In this document: positions 29,263-40,852 of the stretch, piece by piece
Numbering within the stretch: the stretch's first letter is position 1
Layout of the letters: each line of letters opens with the position of its first letter
NCBI GenBank assembly: GCA_963754875.1
Contig: CAVWHO010000020.1
Span: forward strand, 224,001-288,000
Direction of reading: 5' to 3'
Source: Nitrospirota bacterium
GTDB taxonomy: Bacteria > Nitrospirota > UBA9217
DNA length: 64,000 nucleotides
Notes under the pieces: generated by a model
Database searches by the model: none
What the model saw: the letters and a program-made list of their open reading frames with translations, nothing else
Told to the model about the DNA's origin: nothing
Made by a program: the position numbers and the translations under genes

Positions 29263-30837
29263 ATGAAGAAAAGTATCCAGTGGAGACTTGCGATCATCGC
29301 GTTATCGGTCCTGATCGCGCTGTTTTTATTTCTGCCGTCGACGCCGCTTTCACCGAAACTGCCGGGGTGGTGGCTCCAGAGCGTTCCCAAGATATCGCTC
29401 GGCCTCGACCTGCGGGGCGGGAGCCATTTGGTAATGGAGGTGGAAACGGACAAGGCCGTTGAGTCGTCCGTGGACAATATCGTCGCGGATCTTCAGACAA
29501 CGGCGGCATCGCAGCAGCTTGCCATCACGTTTAACAGGGCGGGCCTGGACATCACGGCAAAATTCGATGAGGCGCTTGGTGATAAAGCGGAGAAGCTCGT
29601 TAAGGACAGCTATGCCATCCTTGATCTTAAGTCCCAGGACAAAGGCGGACTGGTCTACAGCCTGAAGCCTGCCGAGGTGAGGCGACTGAAAGAGTCGGCG
29701 GTCCAGCAGGCGCTCGAGCGGACCCGCCGGAGGGTGGACAAGTACGGCGTTGCGGAGCCCCAGATCTATAAGCAAGAAAACGACCAGATCGCGCTCCAGC
29801 TTCCCGGCGTTAAAAATCCGCAGGAGGCCATCGCCTTCATCAAAACGGCGGGCAGGCTCGAGTTCAAGCTGGTCGATTCGGATTCCAACGACCTGCAGAA
29901 GGCCCTTGCCGGCAAGCCGCCGGAAGGGACCGAGGTCCTTTATGAAGAACGGGAAGGCGAGACCGGCAAGATATCAAAACAGCCGGTCCTGGTCTACAGC
30001 AAGACGCTGTTGACCGGCGACCGCCTGAAGGAAGCCAGGGTAGGGATCGACCAATACAATAAACCGGCGGTCTCTATTTCCTTCGACGGCGAAGGCGCGA
30101 AGGTTTTCGACCGCATCACCGGAGAGAACGTAGGCAAGCAGCTTGCAATCGTGCTGGACGGCGTGGTGCAGTCGGCGCCAAGGATCCAGGACCGGATCGG
30201 CGGCGGCAACGCCCAGATCACGGGGAACTTCACGCACGAAGAGGCCGCGAAGCTCGCCATCGTTCTGCGTGAATCGCTCCCGGCGCCGGTGAAGATCATC
30301 CAGAACATTACTGTCGGCCCGTCGCTCGGCCAGGATTCAATTGACAAGGGCGTCCATTCCGCGCTCATCGGCTGCCTTATCGTCATTATTTTCATGGTCG
30401 TATACTACCGGATGTCGGGACTCATTGCCGACTATGCCATCGTGCTGAACCTTGTCCTCCTCCTCGGAGCGATGGCGCTTTTGAACGCCACCCTCACGTT
30501 GCCCGGTATCGCCGGCATCATCCTGACCATCGGTATGGGCGTGGATTCGAACGTGCTTATGTTCGAGCGCATTCGTGAGGAGGTCCGCGCAGGCAAGCAG
30601 CCGCGTCCGGCCGTCGACGCCGGGTACGACAAGGCGTTTCTTACGATCCTCGATTCGCACGTGACGACGCTCATCACCGCCGCAGTGCTGTTCATGTTCG
30701 GCACCGGCCCTATTAAAGGTTTTGCTGTTTCGCTCAGCCTCGGCATCATCATCAACCTGTATTCCGCCCTCGTAGGCACGAAGGTGATATTCGACATCAT
30801 CAATACGCGGTGGAAGCTGGAAAAGCTGAGCATATAA
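29263..30837 (+). CDS. secD: Protein translocase subunit SecD
   Basis: LGLDLRGG, VGPSLG, TLTLPGIAGIILTIGMGVDSNV. Confidence 0.96.
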   Translation: MKKSIQWRLAIIALSVLIALFLFLPSTPLSPKLPGWWLQSVPKISLGLDLRGGSHLVMEVETDKAVESSVDNIVADLQTTAASQQLAITFNRAGLDITAKFDEALGDKAEKLVKDSYAILDLKSQDKGGLVYSLKPAEVRRLKESAVQQALERTRRRVDKYGVAEPQIYKQENDQIALQLPGVKNPQEAIAFIKTAGRLEFKLVDSDSNDLQKALAGKPPEGTEVLYEEREGETGKISKQPVLVYSKTLLTGDRLKEARVGIDQYNKPAVSISFDGEGAKVFDRITGENVGKQLAIVLDGVVQSAPRIQDRIGGGNAQITGNFTHEEAAKLAIVLRESLPAPVKIIQNITVGPSLGQDSIDKGVHSALIGCLIVIIFMVVYYRMSGLIADYAIVLNLVLLLGAMALLNATLTLPGIAGIILTIGMGVDSNVLMFERIREEVRAGKQPRPAVDAGYDKAFLTILDSHVTTLITAAVLFMFGTGPIKGFAVSLSLGIIINLYSALVGTKVIFDIINTRWKLEKLSI

Positions 30838-30848
30838 GATACAAAATC

Positions 30849-30929
30849 CACCACAGAGGCACGGAGACACGGAGAAAGACTTACTGCCTATTCAAGGACC
30901 AACTCTGTGATTTCCGTGATCTCTGCGGT
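30849..30929. repeat. Intergenic REP-like imperfect palindrome
   Basis: ccacagaggcacggagacacggag ... ctctgtgatttccgtgatctctgcgg; related short motifs near 31883 and 55140-55205. Confidence 0.45.
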
Positions 30930-30955
30930 TAAAAACAGAATTTCTGGAGGAGACA

Positions 30956-31864
30956 ATGCTTCAAATTTTGCATAAGACCAATATCGATTTCATGGGCTGG
31001 AAGAACATATCCTTTACGTTCTCCTCCCTGCTGATTATTCTCGGTCTCGTCGGCATAGTGCAGATCGGACGGGGCAAAGCGAACCTGGGCATCGACTTCG
31101 TGGGTGGCACCACTGTCCAACTCAGTTTTAAGGAGCCCATCCCCATTGACAAGGCCCGGGCTGCACTCGAGAAGAGCGGCTTTCAAGGATCGACGATCCA
31201 GCAGGTCGGCGAGGGCGGGAACAGTATCATGATCAAGCTCAGAGAGTCGGAAGGCACATCGGACAAGGTCCAGACTATGTTCAAGCAGGAATTTTCGGCT
31301 AATCCTTTCGAAGTCGTCAGCATCCAGGAGATCGGGCCGGTGATCGGCCAGTCGCTCCAGCGGCAGGCGTTGTGGGCCGGCGCGATCGGCATTCTCGCGA
31401 TCATAACCTATATCGCCTTCCGGTTCCAATTCAAGTTCGGCGTCGCCGCAGCCATCGCGACGGTCCATGACGTTCTTGCCGTACTCGGCATCTTCTTTAT
31501 ACTGCACAAGGAGATCAACCTGCTGATCGTTACGGCGCTCCTGACGCTCGCCGGATATTCACTGACAGACACGGTCGTGGTCTTCGACCGGATCAGGGAG
31601 AATCTGAAGCGGAACAGGAGAGACCCCCTGCCGAAGCTCGTAAACGACAGCATCAACGAAGTGCTTTCCCGGACCATCATTACGTCGTTTACGGTGGTGC
31701 TCGTGCTCATCCCGCTCGTGCTGTTCGGCGGCGACGTGCTGCATGACTTTTCCGTCGCGCTCCTCATGGGCGTGATCGTGGGCACCTATTCATCGGTGTT
31801 CGTCGCGAGCCCGATCCTGGTGGTGTGGCATGCGAAAGCGGGTGGAAAGTTGATCTCGAAGTAA
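30956..31864 (+). CDS. secF: Protein translocase subunit SecF
   Basis: LGIDFVGG, HDVL, GYSLTDTVVVFDRIREN, GTYSS. Confidence 0.96.
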   Translation: MLQILHKTNIDFMGWKNISFTFSSLLIILGLVGIVQIGRGKANLGIDFVGGTTVQLSFKEPIPIDKARAALEKSGFQGSTIQQVGEGGNSIMIKLRESEGTSDKVQTMFKQEFSANPFEVVSIQEIGPVIGQSLQRQALWAGAIGILAIITYIAFRFQFKFGVAAAIATVHDVLAVLGIFFILHKEINLLIVTALLTLAGYSLTDTVVVFDRIRENLKRNRRDPLPKLVNDSINEVLSRTIITSFTVVLVLIPLVLFGGDVLHDFSVALLMGVIVGTYSSVFVASPILVVWHAKAGGKLISK

Positions 31865-31921
31865 GAAGAAGGAAGATCATTAAACGCAGAGCTCGCAGAG
31901 AACGCGTTAGAAAAACTTACC

Positions 31922-31962
31922 AGGACACGGATTTGTTATAGAATCCGTGTTCTGTTTGTTTT
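31922..31962 (+). terminator. Probable terminator after secF
   Basis: ggacacggattt...aatccgtgttc stem followed by a T-rich tail. Confidence 0.55.
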
Positions 31963-31975
31963 ATAATATCACCTC

Positions 31976-32656
31976 ATGGTAAAGAAACTTTCAGTTTCCA
32001 TTCAAGTAGCCGGCACCGATGCCAAAGTTCTTTCCGAAACCGACTTGCTTCAACTGTCCTGCGGGATTTACGGCTGCACGTCCAATTGCTGCACAAAAAG
32101 CGCTCCCATCATCCTGAACCCCTACGAGATCGCCCTTATCTGCCGGGAAAGCAAGCTGAGCTACGAGGATTTCCTCGATATTGTGGAAACGGACCGGGCC
32201 AGGGGTTTTCCACTCGTCATGTTGCCGCGTGACCCCGCATGCCACTTTTGGACGGGAAGAGGATGCCGTATATACCAAGCACGTCCGCTCGCCTGCCGGC
32301 TGTTCCCGCTCGGCAGGGTGTTCAACAACGGCCAATCCTACATTGTGCTGCCGCAACTCAATGTTTGTTCAGGACTTGCGCCCTCTCCTGCAAAAACCCT
32401 AGCGGATTATCTGCGGGAACAGGATACTTCCACGTCTATTCAAATGGCCGACCGCTGGATCGAGTTTGTGAACGAGATCGAACTGCAGCCGCTTCCTGAT
32501 AAACCGGTCACTTCCATTGCCTTTCATATGCTCGTGTACAGTCCCGATACACCGCCTGCTGTCGGCGGTGTTGATCCTACGTTGGACCTCGAAGGTCGCT
32601 TCCTCATGCGTCTTGTCACGGCGCGAGAACAGCTGCCGCGTTTTTTGACCCGTTGA
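31976..32656 (+). CDS. YkgJ-family cysteine-cluster (putative Fe-S/Zn) protein
   Basis: C....C...CC, CHFW...GCRIYQARPLACRLFP, C.G. Confidence 0.85.
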   Translation: MVKKLSVSIQVAGTDAKVLSETDLLQLSCGIYGCTSNCCTKSAPIILNPYEIALICRESKLSYEDFLDIVETDRARGFPLVMLPRDPACHFWTGRGCRIYQARPLACRLFPLGRVFNNGQSYIVLPQLNVCSGLAPSPAKTLADYLREQDTSTSIQMADRWIEFVNEIELQPLPDKPVTSIAFHMLVYSPDTPPAVGGVDPTLDLEGRFLMRLVTAREQLPRFLTR

Positions 32657-32730
32657 TTAACGAAACTACTTATCGTGATGCGCCGTCTGGGGAGCAGCGA
32701 CCGTATCTCCGTTGAGAGGAGGATGAATAG

Positions 32731-35264
32731 ATGCGCACACGGATCATCCTGATGAGCGGTATCGGCGCCGGGGTGCTCTTCTGGTTTCTGGACGCTTTTG
32801 CGAACGCAGTGCTTTTCAAGAACGGCACGCTCCTGGGTCAGTTGTTCAAACCGACACTCCATGACGTGGGGACGAGACTGTTGGCCATTGCCGTTGCCGC
32901 CATCTTCCTCACGATCGTCCAGAAAACGGTATCGGTGCAAAAACGGGCAGACGGAGCATTACGAGAGAACGACGAACAGTATCGCCTGGTGATCAACAAC
33001 ATAAACGATATCGTTTATCTGGCCGCCATCGGCGATCATGCCCGCAGGGGGAAGGTAGAGCTGGTCGGCGGACGCATTGAGCAGATCGTGGGATACCGGT
33101 CTGAAGAGTTCATCGAAGACCCGCAGTTATGGTTTCGAATCATGCACCCCGACGATGTACCGGTAATTCGCCAGTCTACAAAAAAGATCATTGCCAGCGG
33201 CAAAGCAGGCTCCCGGACATATCGCGTCCGCCACAAGAACAGCGGAGGGTATCTCTGGATCGAAGACAAGGTGATGCCGCGGTTCGACGGCAGCGGCACG
33301 GTCACCGGCTTTTTCGGAGTCGCCCGGGATATATCGGATCGTAAACGCCTGCAGGACGCCATCAAAACTGCCGTCATGCGGGCGGAGGATGAAAAAGCGA
33401 GGAGCGAAAGCATTCTTGAGGCCATCGGCGACGGTGTCAGCATCCAAGACAATGATTTCGTGTCCTCTACCAGAACCAGATCCACAAGAGTCTCGTGGGC
33501 CATCACGAAGGCGAGTTCTGTTTCCAGGCCTATGAAAAGAGGGAGCAGTGCTGCAATGGATGTCCCGTCGCCCTTGCCTATGCAGACGGGAAAATCCATA
33601 CCGTAGAGCGGTCAGCACCGTCCGGGTCCGGGCTTCTCTATCTGGAAATAACCGCCTCCCCGCTCCTGGATTCAACAGGCGCGATTATTGCCGGTATCGA
33701 GGTTGTTCGGAACATCACGCTGCGTAAAAAAGCAGAGAAGAACCTTAAAGAGTCGGAGGAAAAATTCCGCACTCTCTTTGTAGAATCAAAAGACGTGTTC
33801 TATATCAGCACGCTCCAGGGGAAATTTACGGACATCAATCCGGCGGGTGTAAAACTCTTCGGATATGACTCCAAAGAAGAACTTCTCAGCATCGATATCG
33901 AGCGTGATCTGTATGTGTACCCGGCCGAAAGAAAACGGTTCGTCGATATCGTTCAGGAGTCAAATTACGCAAAGGATTATGAAGTGCTTATGAAACGGAA
34001 GAACGGGGAGAAACTGACCGTTCTTATAACCAGCACGCCGCTCAGGAGCGAGCGGGGAGAGGTTATCGCCTTCCGCGGGGTCATCAGAGACGTCACCGAA
34101 CAGAAGAGACTCGAACACGAGTTGTTGCATTCGCAGAAAATGGAAGCAATCGGACTTCTTGCCGGCGGCATAGCGCACGACTTCAACAACATCCTCACCG
34201 CCATCCTCGGTTATGCAAATCTGCTCAGAAAAAAAATAAACGATGATCAATTGAAAGATTATCTAGAGCAGGTCGTCGAGGCAGCGGAACGGGCGTCCCA
34301 TTTAACGAAGAGCATCCTTACCTTCAGCCGGAAGCAGATGCTGAATCCGCAGCCGGTCGATTTGAATGAAATCGTCGGAAGAGTGCAGAAGTTTCTCGCG
34401 CGCCTTATCGGCGAAGACATTGCACTGAAGGCCGTGCTTGCCGTCGCTGATCTCATGGTCATGGCGGACGGAAGTCAGATTGAGCAGGTGCTGATGAACC
34501 TTGCAACAAACGCCCGCGATGCAATGCCGGGCGGCGGCTCGTTGATCATAGAAACAGCGAGGATTAGATTGGATGAAGAGTTTGTTAAGGTGCATTCCTA
34601 TGGAACACCCGGGGTGTATGCTCTTCTCTCCGTGAGTGACACAGGCACGGGCTTCGACGAGTATGAGCGGCAACGGATTTTCGAACCTTTTTTTACGACC
34701 AAAGAGTTCGGGAAAGGCACGGGCCTGGGGCTGTCAATCGTCTACGGCATTATCAAACAGCATAGGGGATATATCAATGTCTACAGCGAGATAAAGCACG
34801 GGACCACATTTAGAATATACTTGCCCCTCATGGAAAAGAAAGCTGAAGACTCGACCATTATTGAAGCTGCAACCGTTTCCCCGGGTGGATCGGAGACCAT
34901 ATTGCTGGCGGAAGACGAAGCGAGTGTCAGGAAACTCAACACGCTTATTCTTGAAGAGGCCGGATATACGGTTATAGCGGCACGGGACGGCGAAGAGGCG
35001 GTGCAAAAGTTCATCGAGAACAGAGATCGGATCAATCTCATCATCCTCGATGTCATCATGCCGAATAAAAGCGGCGAAGAAACGTATCAAGAGATCCGGC
35101 ATATAAGCCCGTCGGCAAAAGCGTTCTTTACGAGCGGCTACACTGCCGACAGCATCCACGGCAGGGGCATGCTCGGTGCTGAAGAAAATATCACATCCAA
35201 GCCAGTCGCCCCGACCGAGCTCTTGCGCAAGGTGCGCGAGGTCCTTGACAGGCTGGCTGGTTGA
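32731..35264 (+). CDS. Multi-PAS hybrid histidine kinase/receiver (apparent frameshift near 33460)
   Basis: ORFs 32731..33606 and 33495..35264 join; LAGGIAHDFNN, NARDAM, TTKEFGKGTGLGL, C-terminal receiver. Confidence 0.88.
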
Positions 35265-35416
35265 TGCGAGAAGGAATGAATCGCCCCTTCGTTGTTGTTC
35301 TCTTCCCCCCCCATCCCTTAACTTTTGTTGACATGACCATGCGCACCCTATATTATATATACTAGCAGCGAGTGAGCAGTATCATACTGATGATGTATTT
35401 CAGCCAGGTATCCCCT

Positions 35417-37834
35417 ATGTTGGCATCCCGTACGATTATCCCGGTGTTTCTCCTGCTCTTCCTGGCGGCCTGCGGCCCGAAGAAGACTCTTCCGATTGAT
35501 ACAACCGGGAGTACGGGACCAAGCCGCTCTGCGCACAATCCTCTCGCACGACAATATTCAATACCCGCACTCATAAAAGACCCGGAGCTGAGGCTGAGGG
35601 CCGCTCTCGATGCCTCGCGGGCGGGAAATTATGAAACCGCGTTGCGCTTTTCCCGGCGCGTCGTGGAACAGTATCCGGGGACGGCCTGGTACAAACGAGC
35701 GCTCTTCGTGTCCGAACAGGCATTGATTCAGCTCGATCGCGCGTCTGAAGCCGATGCAGCCATGCTTCGCGTAGGTGAAGAATATCCTGCGCTTGCCGAT
35801 TACGCAGTTTATCTGCTCGCAGACTATCATTACTCCAAGGCCCGGTACAGCCGGGCCGTTGCCCTCTATCAGGACGTGATGGAAAAATATCCGCGGAGTT
35901 CCCTCGCCGTTCAGGCAGCGTACCGCCGGGGCCTTGCTCTTCTCGCATCCTCGTCCTATCTTCCCGCTATCGACGCATTTGAAAAATTTCTGGAGGACTA
36001 TCCGCACTCCGATCTTGCGCCAAATGCCGGCATCGGGCTCGCGCGGGCGTTGGCCGCCGAAAAACAACTGGACCGTGCAGTGCTTGCCTACCGCGAAGTG
36101 TGGACACGGTATGCCGGCACCGACGCGGACCAGGAAGCGGGGCAGGCGCTCCGGGAATTGAAAACAAGCGGCGTCCCCGTTACCGACTTCACGGCCGGAG
36201 AATTGTACGAACGAGGGAAAAACCTTTTTCGGTTGAACCAATACGACAAAACGGTAGATACGTTCAGAAAGCTGCTTGATCGTGAGCCGTCCTTTCCAGC
36301 CCGCGCAGAGGTGCTGTTTCGGACCGGCGTCTCACTGTTCAATCTCGCAAAACGCAGCGATGCCGCCGTGGTCCTGGAAAAGATGGTGCGCGACTATCCT
36401 GCTGATCCCCGGACGCCGGAAGCGCTCTACTGGCTCGGCAAGTCGTACAGCACGCTTGGAGACTGGGACCGGGGTGTTAAGACGTTCCAGAAGATCCTTG
36501 ATCGTTTTCCGGGGAGTGACTGGGCGGATGATGCGCTGTTCCTCACCGGGAACATCTATCGCGAAGCAGGCGACGTAAAAAAGGCGCTTAACTATTATGC
36601 ACGTCTGGTGGAGGAATATCCAGACAGCAACTTCGCCGACAGCGCCCTATGGTGGGGGGCCTGGTCCTCCTATACCGCCGGCAACTATAAAAAAACAGAA
36701 CAGGACCTGCAGGAGCTCATCAGCCGCTATCCCCATTCCTTTCTCGTCAACCAGGCGCGTTACTGGCAGGGTAGGGCCGCAGAAAAAAGAGGCGATCCCG
36801 TCCGCGCGATAGGGTACTATGGGCGGGTCCTTAAGGAAGGCCCCTACACTTATTATGGGAACCGCTCCGCGGAACGGAAACAACGGCTCGAGGCCGCCGG
36901 TACCGTGGAGAATGCCGACGCTAGTGCCGAACCGGAAGCGCTCTGCGTTAATGTCTCCTGCGCTGAAGACCTCTTGAGTTCCTTCGAGACCGATGACGGT
37001 CCTCCGGAATGGACTGAAGAGACGAAGCAGGTACTGGCCGCCAATCCCTCATTCCGGAAGACACTCGAACTGATGCAGCTGGACTTGAAAAAAGAGGCGG
37101 CGCAGGAGCTGTGGTCACTGCAGGACACCACGCCGAGAAAACGGGGTATGCTGATCGGTCTCAGCAAGGCGTTCTTCGAACTCGGCGATTACAACCGTTC
37201 GCTCATACTGGTGCTTAGAAATTATGAGCGATATCTGCCGGCGCCTGCCAAGGGGGTCACCGAAGACCTGTGGCTGCTTGCCTATCCTCAGGGCTACTGG
37301 GAGACCATCCTGTCCTATTCCCGCAAATACGGCCAGGACCCTTTATTCATTGCCGCCGTTATCCGTGAGGAGAGCCAGTTTTCCCCCAATGCGCTTTCAC
37401 CGGCTGGGGCAAGAGGTCTGATGCAGGTTATGCCGACAACCGGGGAGCGTGTCGCGCGGCTGATCAAACTCAAGGATTTCGACCGGGGGAAACTCTTCGA
37501 TGCAGACACCGCGATCAATATCGGAACATGGTACATCGGCCAATTGATGAAACGGTTCAAAAACGATCCGCTCCTCGTTGCTGCGGCGTATAATGCAGGG
37601 CCCGAGGCCGTGGCCGCTTGGCTCGCAAAATACGGATACCAGGGAGAGCACGAGGCTTTTGTCGAGGCGATCCCCTTTGCCGAGACCCGGGGATATGTAA
37701 AAAAAGTATTGCGGAATTACGCGGAGTACAAAAGGATATACGGCAATCCGAAGGAACCGACGGCGAGTGCGCAATCCCAGGACCAAGACGGGACAGTATC
37801 GAAGAATACGGCAAGGAACATCCAAAATCCATAA
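35417..37834 (+). CDS. TPR-containing soluble lytic transglycosylase (lipoprotein)
   Basis: Lipobox LAAC; TPR repeats; IREESQF, GARGLMQVMP, AAYNAG, ETRGYV. Confidence 0.9.
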   Translation: MLASRTIIPVFLLLFLAACGPKKTLPIDTTGSTGPSRSAHNPLARQYSIPALIKDPELRLRAALDASRAGNYETALRFSRRVVEQYPGTAWYKRALFVSEQALIQLDRASEADAAMLRVGEEYPALADYAVYLLADYHYSKARYSRAVALYQDVMEKYPRSSLAVQAAYRRGLALLASSSYLPAIDAFEKFLEDYPHSDLAPNAGIGLARALAAEKQLDRAVLAYREVWTRYAGTDADQEAGQALRELKTSGVPVTDFTAGELYERGKNLFRLNQYDKTVDTFRKLLDREPSFPARAEVLFRTGVSLFNLAKRSDAAVVLEKMVRDYPADPRTPEALYWLGKSYSTLGDWDRGVKTFQKILDRFPGSDWADDALFLTGNIYREAGDVKKALNYYARLVEEYPDSNFADSALWWGAWSSYTAGNYKKTEQDLQELISRYPHSFLVNQARYWQGRAAEKRGDPVRAIGYYGRVLKEGPYTYYGNRSAERKQRLEAAGTVENADASAEPEALCVNVSCAEDLLSSFETDDGPPEWTEETKQVLAANPSFRKTLELMQLDLKKEAAQELWSLQDTTPRKRGMLIGLSKAFFELGDYNRSLILVLRNYERYLPAPAKGVTEDLWLLAYPQGYWETILSYSRKYGQDPLFIAAVIREESQFSPNALSPAGARGLMQVMPTTGERVARLIKLKDFDRGKLFDADTAINIGTWYIGQLMKRFKNDPLLVAAAYNAGPEAVAAWLAKYGYQGEHEAFVEAIPFAETRGYVKKVLRNYAEYKRIYGNPKEPTASAQSQDQDGTVSKNTARNIQNP

Positions 37835-37861
37835 AATCCGGGGTGGCGCAGGGAGCTAGGC

Positions 37862-38116
37862 ATGCCGACAAGTCGGAGCGGGAAAAATAGTGAGAACGAG
37901 CTTGAAGTGCGTTTCGGCGTGATAGAAAATCGGGTGAAGGCGCTTGTGGTGGAAAACAAGGGTCTCAAAGCCCGCATGAGTGAACTGGAAGAGGAACTGG
38001 CACAAGCAAAACGAGAGGCCCTGGAGCTGGAACACTTCCTCGGCAAGAAACTGCATATCCGGGAAAAAATCGAGAGGGTCCTGCAGCAACTCGATACGGT
38101 CGGCATCAAGAAATAG
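37862..38116 (+). CDS. Small coiled-coil protein, ZapB-like
   Basis: Heptad pattern ENRVKALVVENKGLK...IREKIERVLQQLD. Confidence 0.55.
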   Translation: MPTSRSGKNSENELEVRFGVIENRVKALVVENKGLKARMSELEEELAQAKREALELEHFLGKKLHIREKIERVLQQLDTVGIKK

Positions 38117-38156
38117 GGACGAGTCGCCGGGGCGTGCCGGCACCCGTGATATCGCC

Positions 38157-39059
38157 ATGAACCAGAATGATATTTTTTATAAAACGCTCCTCGACAATCT
38201 TTACGATGGCGTCTATTTCGTGGACCGCGACCGGAATATTACCTACTGGAGCAAAGGCGCCGAACGCATAACCGGATATACAGCTGCTGAAGTGCTCGGC
38301 AGATCCTGTTCCGATAATATCCTCCTGCACGTTGACAAAGACGGGAACAGCCTGTGCACGGAGATCTGTCCGCTCTTGAACACAGTAAACGACGGCAGGG
38401 TCCGGGACGCCGATGTCTATCTGCACCATAAGGATGGACACCGCGTGCCCATCACGATGCACGTTGCTCCCATTCATGACGACCAGGGCTCGATCATCGG
38501 CGGCGTGGAGATCTTTACCGACAATACGCCGGCCGTAATTGCACTCGGACGGCTTGCGGAGCTCGAACGGCTGGCCTACGTTGATGAACTCACCGGGCTC
38601 GCGAACCGGCGTTACGCCGAGATCACGCTGAGGTCGCGGATCGAAGAACTACAGCGATATGGATGGCGTTTCGGCGTTCTTTTTATCGACATCGACCATT
38701 TCAAGGACATCAACGACCGGTTCGGTCACGACCGCGGGGACGAGGTGCTGAAGATGGTTGCCAAGACGCTCCAGAACAGCGTCCGGTCCTTCGATGTCGT
38801 CAGCAGGTGGGGCGGGGAAGAGTACGTGGTAGTGATCGCGAACGTGGAAGGGAACGAACTCACTGCCACGGCAAACCGCTGCCGGCTGCTTGTGGAGAAG
38901 TCCAGTATTCCGAAAGTCCCCTCACTCCGCGTCACAATCTCCCTCGGCGCTACGCCTGCCCGCAGGGACGACACGATCGATTCGCTCATCAAACGCGTGG
39001 ACATGCTCATGTATAAAAGCAAACAGGCAGGCAGAAACCGGTTGACGGTGGAAGAATAA
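38157..39059 (+). CDS. PAS diguanylate cyclase (GGEEY variant)
   Basis: PAS; DELTGLANRR, DIDHFKDINDRFGH, RWGGEEY. Confidence 0.9.
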   Translation: MNQNDIFYKTLLDNLYDGVYFVDRDRNITYWSKGAERITGYTAAEVLGRSCSDNILLHVDKDGNSLCTEICPLLNTVNDGRVRDADVYLHHKDGHRVPITMHVAPIHDDQGSIIGGVEIFTDNTPAVIALGRLAELERLAYVDELTGLANRRYAEITLRSRIEELQRYGWRFGVLFIDIDHFKDINDRFGHDRGDEVLKMVAKTLQNSVRSFDVVSRWGGEEYVVVIANVEGNELTATANRCRLLVEKSSIPKVPSLRVTISLGATPARRDDTIDSLIKRVDMLMYKSKQAGRNRLTVEE

Positions 39060-39081
39060 TCAAGAGCAGAGGACCTCCTCT

Positions 39082-39813
39082 TTGGACATTATTACCGCAC
39101 AAAAACTTGTTAAAGACTACGACGGCCTCCGGGCCGTGGACAGCATCGACTTTACGATCAAGCAGGGTGAGTGTTTCGGCTTTCTCGGGCCGAATGGCGC
39201 GGGCAAGACGACGGTCATGCGCGTTATTTCCTGTTTCCTGCCGCCGACCGGCGGCTTGGTAACGGTCTTTGGCATGGAGGTGACTAACGGAGCGAGCGAG
39301 ATAAAAGCGAGGATCGGCGTGATGCCGCAGGACAACAACCTCGACCCCGATCTTTCGGTGATCGAAAATCTCGTCGTCTATGCTCGCTACTTCGATATCC
39401 GGAAAAAGGACTCGCTCCGTCTGGGTCGTGCGCTCCTGGAATTCGTCGAACTTCAGGACAAGACCGGCGTCAAGATCGACGAACTTTCCGGAGGAATGAA
39501 ACACAGGCTGTTGCTCGCCCGTTCGCTCGTCAACGATCCGGAGATCCTGGTCCTCGACGAGCCCACGACGGGCCTGGATCCCCACAGCAGGCGCGCGGTC
39601 TGGGACAAGCTCAACCATCTCAAGAAAAAGAACACTACGCTCCTGCTCACGACGCACTACATGGAAGAAGCGGAAAAGCTCTGCGACCGAGTCGCCATCA
39701 TGGATTCGGGCAAGATCGTGGCCGTCGACACGCCTGCCGATCTCATCGCGACCCATGGAGGCAATCTCGAAGATGTGTACCTCAAACTGACGGGGAGGAG
39801 CCTTGCGGATTAA
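39082..39813 (+). CDS. ABC-2 exporter ATP-binding protein (NodI-like)
   Basis: GPNGAGKT, LSGGM, LDEPTTGLDP, TTHYMEEA. Confidence 0.92.
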   Translation: MDIITAQKLVKDYDGLRAVDSIDFTIKQGECFGFLGPNGAGKTTVMRVISCFLPPTGGLVTVFGMEVTNGASEIKARIGVMPQDNNLDPDLSVIENLVVYARYFDIRKKDSLRLGRALLEFVELQDKTGVKIDELSGGMKHRLLLARSLVNDPEILVLDEPTTGLDPHSRRAVWDKLNHLKKKNTTLLLTTHYMEEAEKLCDRVAIMDSGKIVAVDTPADLIATHGGNLEDVYLKLTGRSLAD

Positions 39814-40558
39814 GCGCGCCTTCAGGGTCTGGCAGCGGCACTGGCTGGTCTATACCAAACTCTATCGAACAAGTTTTGCCCTCAATTTTGCCGAACCGGC
39901 GCTTTATCTGGTCGCCATGGGGCTTGGGCTGGGCTCGTTTGTAAAAGACATTCATGGCCAGCCGTACATAAAATTCATCGCGCCCGGCATCGTGGCCTCG
40001 TCTTCGGTATTCGCGGCAGTGTACGAGTGCACCTACGGCACGTACATACGCATGACGTTCCAGAAAACGTTCGACGCGATCCTCGCCACGCCGATAAGCC
40101 TCGACGACCTTGTCATGGGCGAGCTTCTCTGGGGCGCCACCAAGAGCGTGATCTTCGGAATCACCATCACCATCGTAATAGCCCTTTTCGGGCTTGTCGA
40201 TTCTCCACTCATCGTGTGTGTGGTCCCCTTTGTCTTTTTGGGCGGACTTATCTTCGCGGAACTCTCGCTCATATTCTGCGCCATCGTACCGGGCATCGAT
40301 TTTTTCAGTTACTTTTACACGCTTTTCATGACGCCGCTGTTCCTTTTTTCCGGTATTTTCTTTCCCCTCGACGCCATGCCGCGCGTTGTCGCTGATCTCG
40401 CCTTCTTTACGCCTCTGTACCACCTGGTCAACATCTGCCGTGCTTTTTCTTCAGGCACGGTCATGAATGCCCTCTGGAGCATCGTCTGGATCATTGTCGT
40501 TACGGCACTCCTTGCGCCGTTCCCGTTCAAGCTTATGCGAAAAAGGGTCATCCCGTAG
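39803..40558 (+). CDS. ABC-2 exporter permease (NodJ-like)
   Basis: FIAPGI, ILATP, FSGIFFP, PLYH. Confidence 0.9.
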   Translation: MRIKRAFRVWQRHWLVYTKLYRTSFALNFAEPALYLVAMGLGLGSFVKDIHGQPYIKFIAPGIVASSSVFAAVYECTYGTYIRMTFQKTFDAILATPISLDDLVMGELLWGATKSVIFGITITIVIALFGLVDSPLIVCVVPFVFLGGLIFAELSLIFCAIVPGIDFFSYFYTLFMTPLFLFSGIFFPLDAMPRVVADLAFFTPLYHLVNICRAFSSGTVMNALWSIVWIIVVTALLAPFPFKLMRKRVIP

Positions 40559-40852
40559 TTGCCTTCCTGTGCCTGGGGAGGCGGCCCTCGATGGTTCCGC
40601 GGGGACAACCGAGGCGCTTATCACAGAACGGCACTTCCTCCTTTTCGCCGGGATGGGGTATGCGGTCGGCCCAGCGGAAAAAAGCGGGGATAAGGGCGAG
40701 GGGACAAGCCGCCAGGAAGGTTGCGAAAAACGCGGATAAAGGGGTGATAGGGGTCCCGAAAAATGATATGATGATCAACTATGATATAATAATTAACGAA
40801 CCGAATGATTCAGTACGATCACGGTTTTCCGCTCTTGGTCCGGACATCAGGC

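Noticed and set aside
37835..38156. 6S RNA near the ZapB-like gene
   Set aside because: No zapA and insufficient intergenic space for a 6S-length RNA.
40560..40800. GC-rich intergenic region as a riboswitch or small ORF
   Set aside because: No consensus motif recognised; the ORFs lack SD sequences and family signals.
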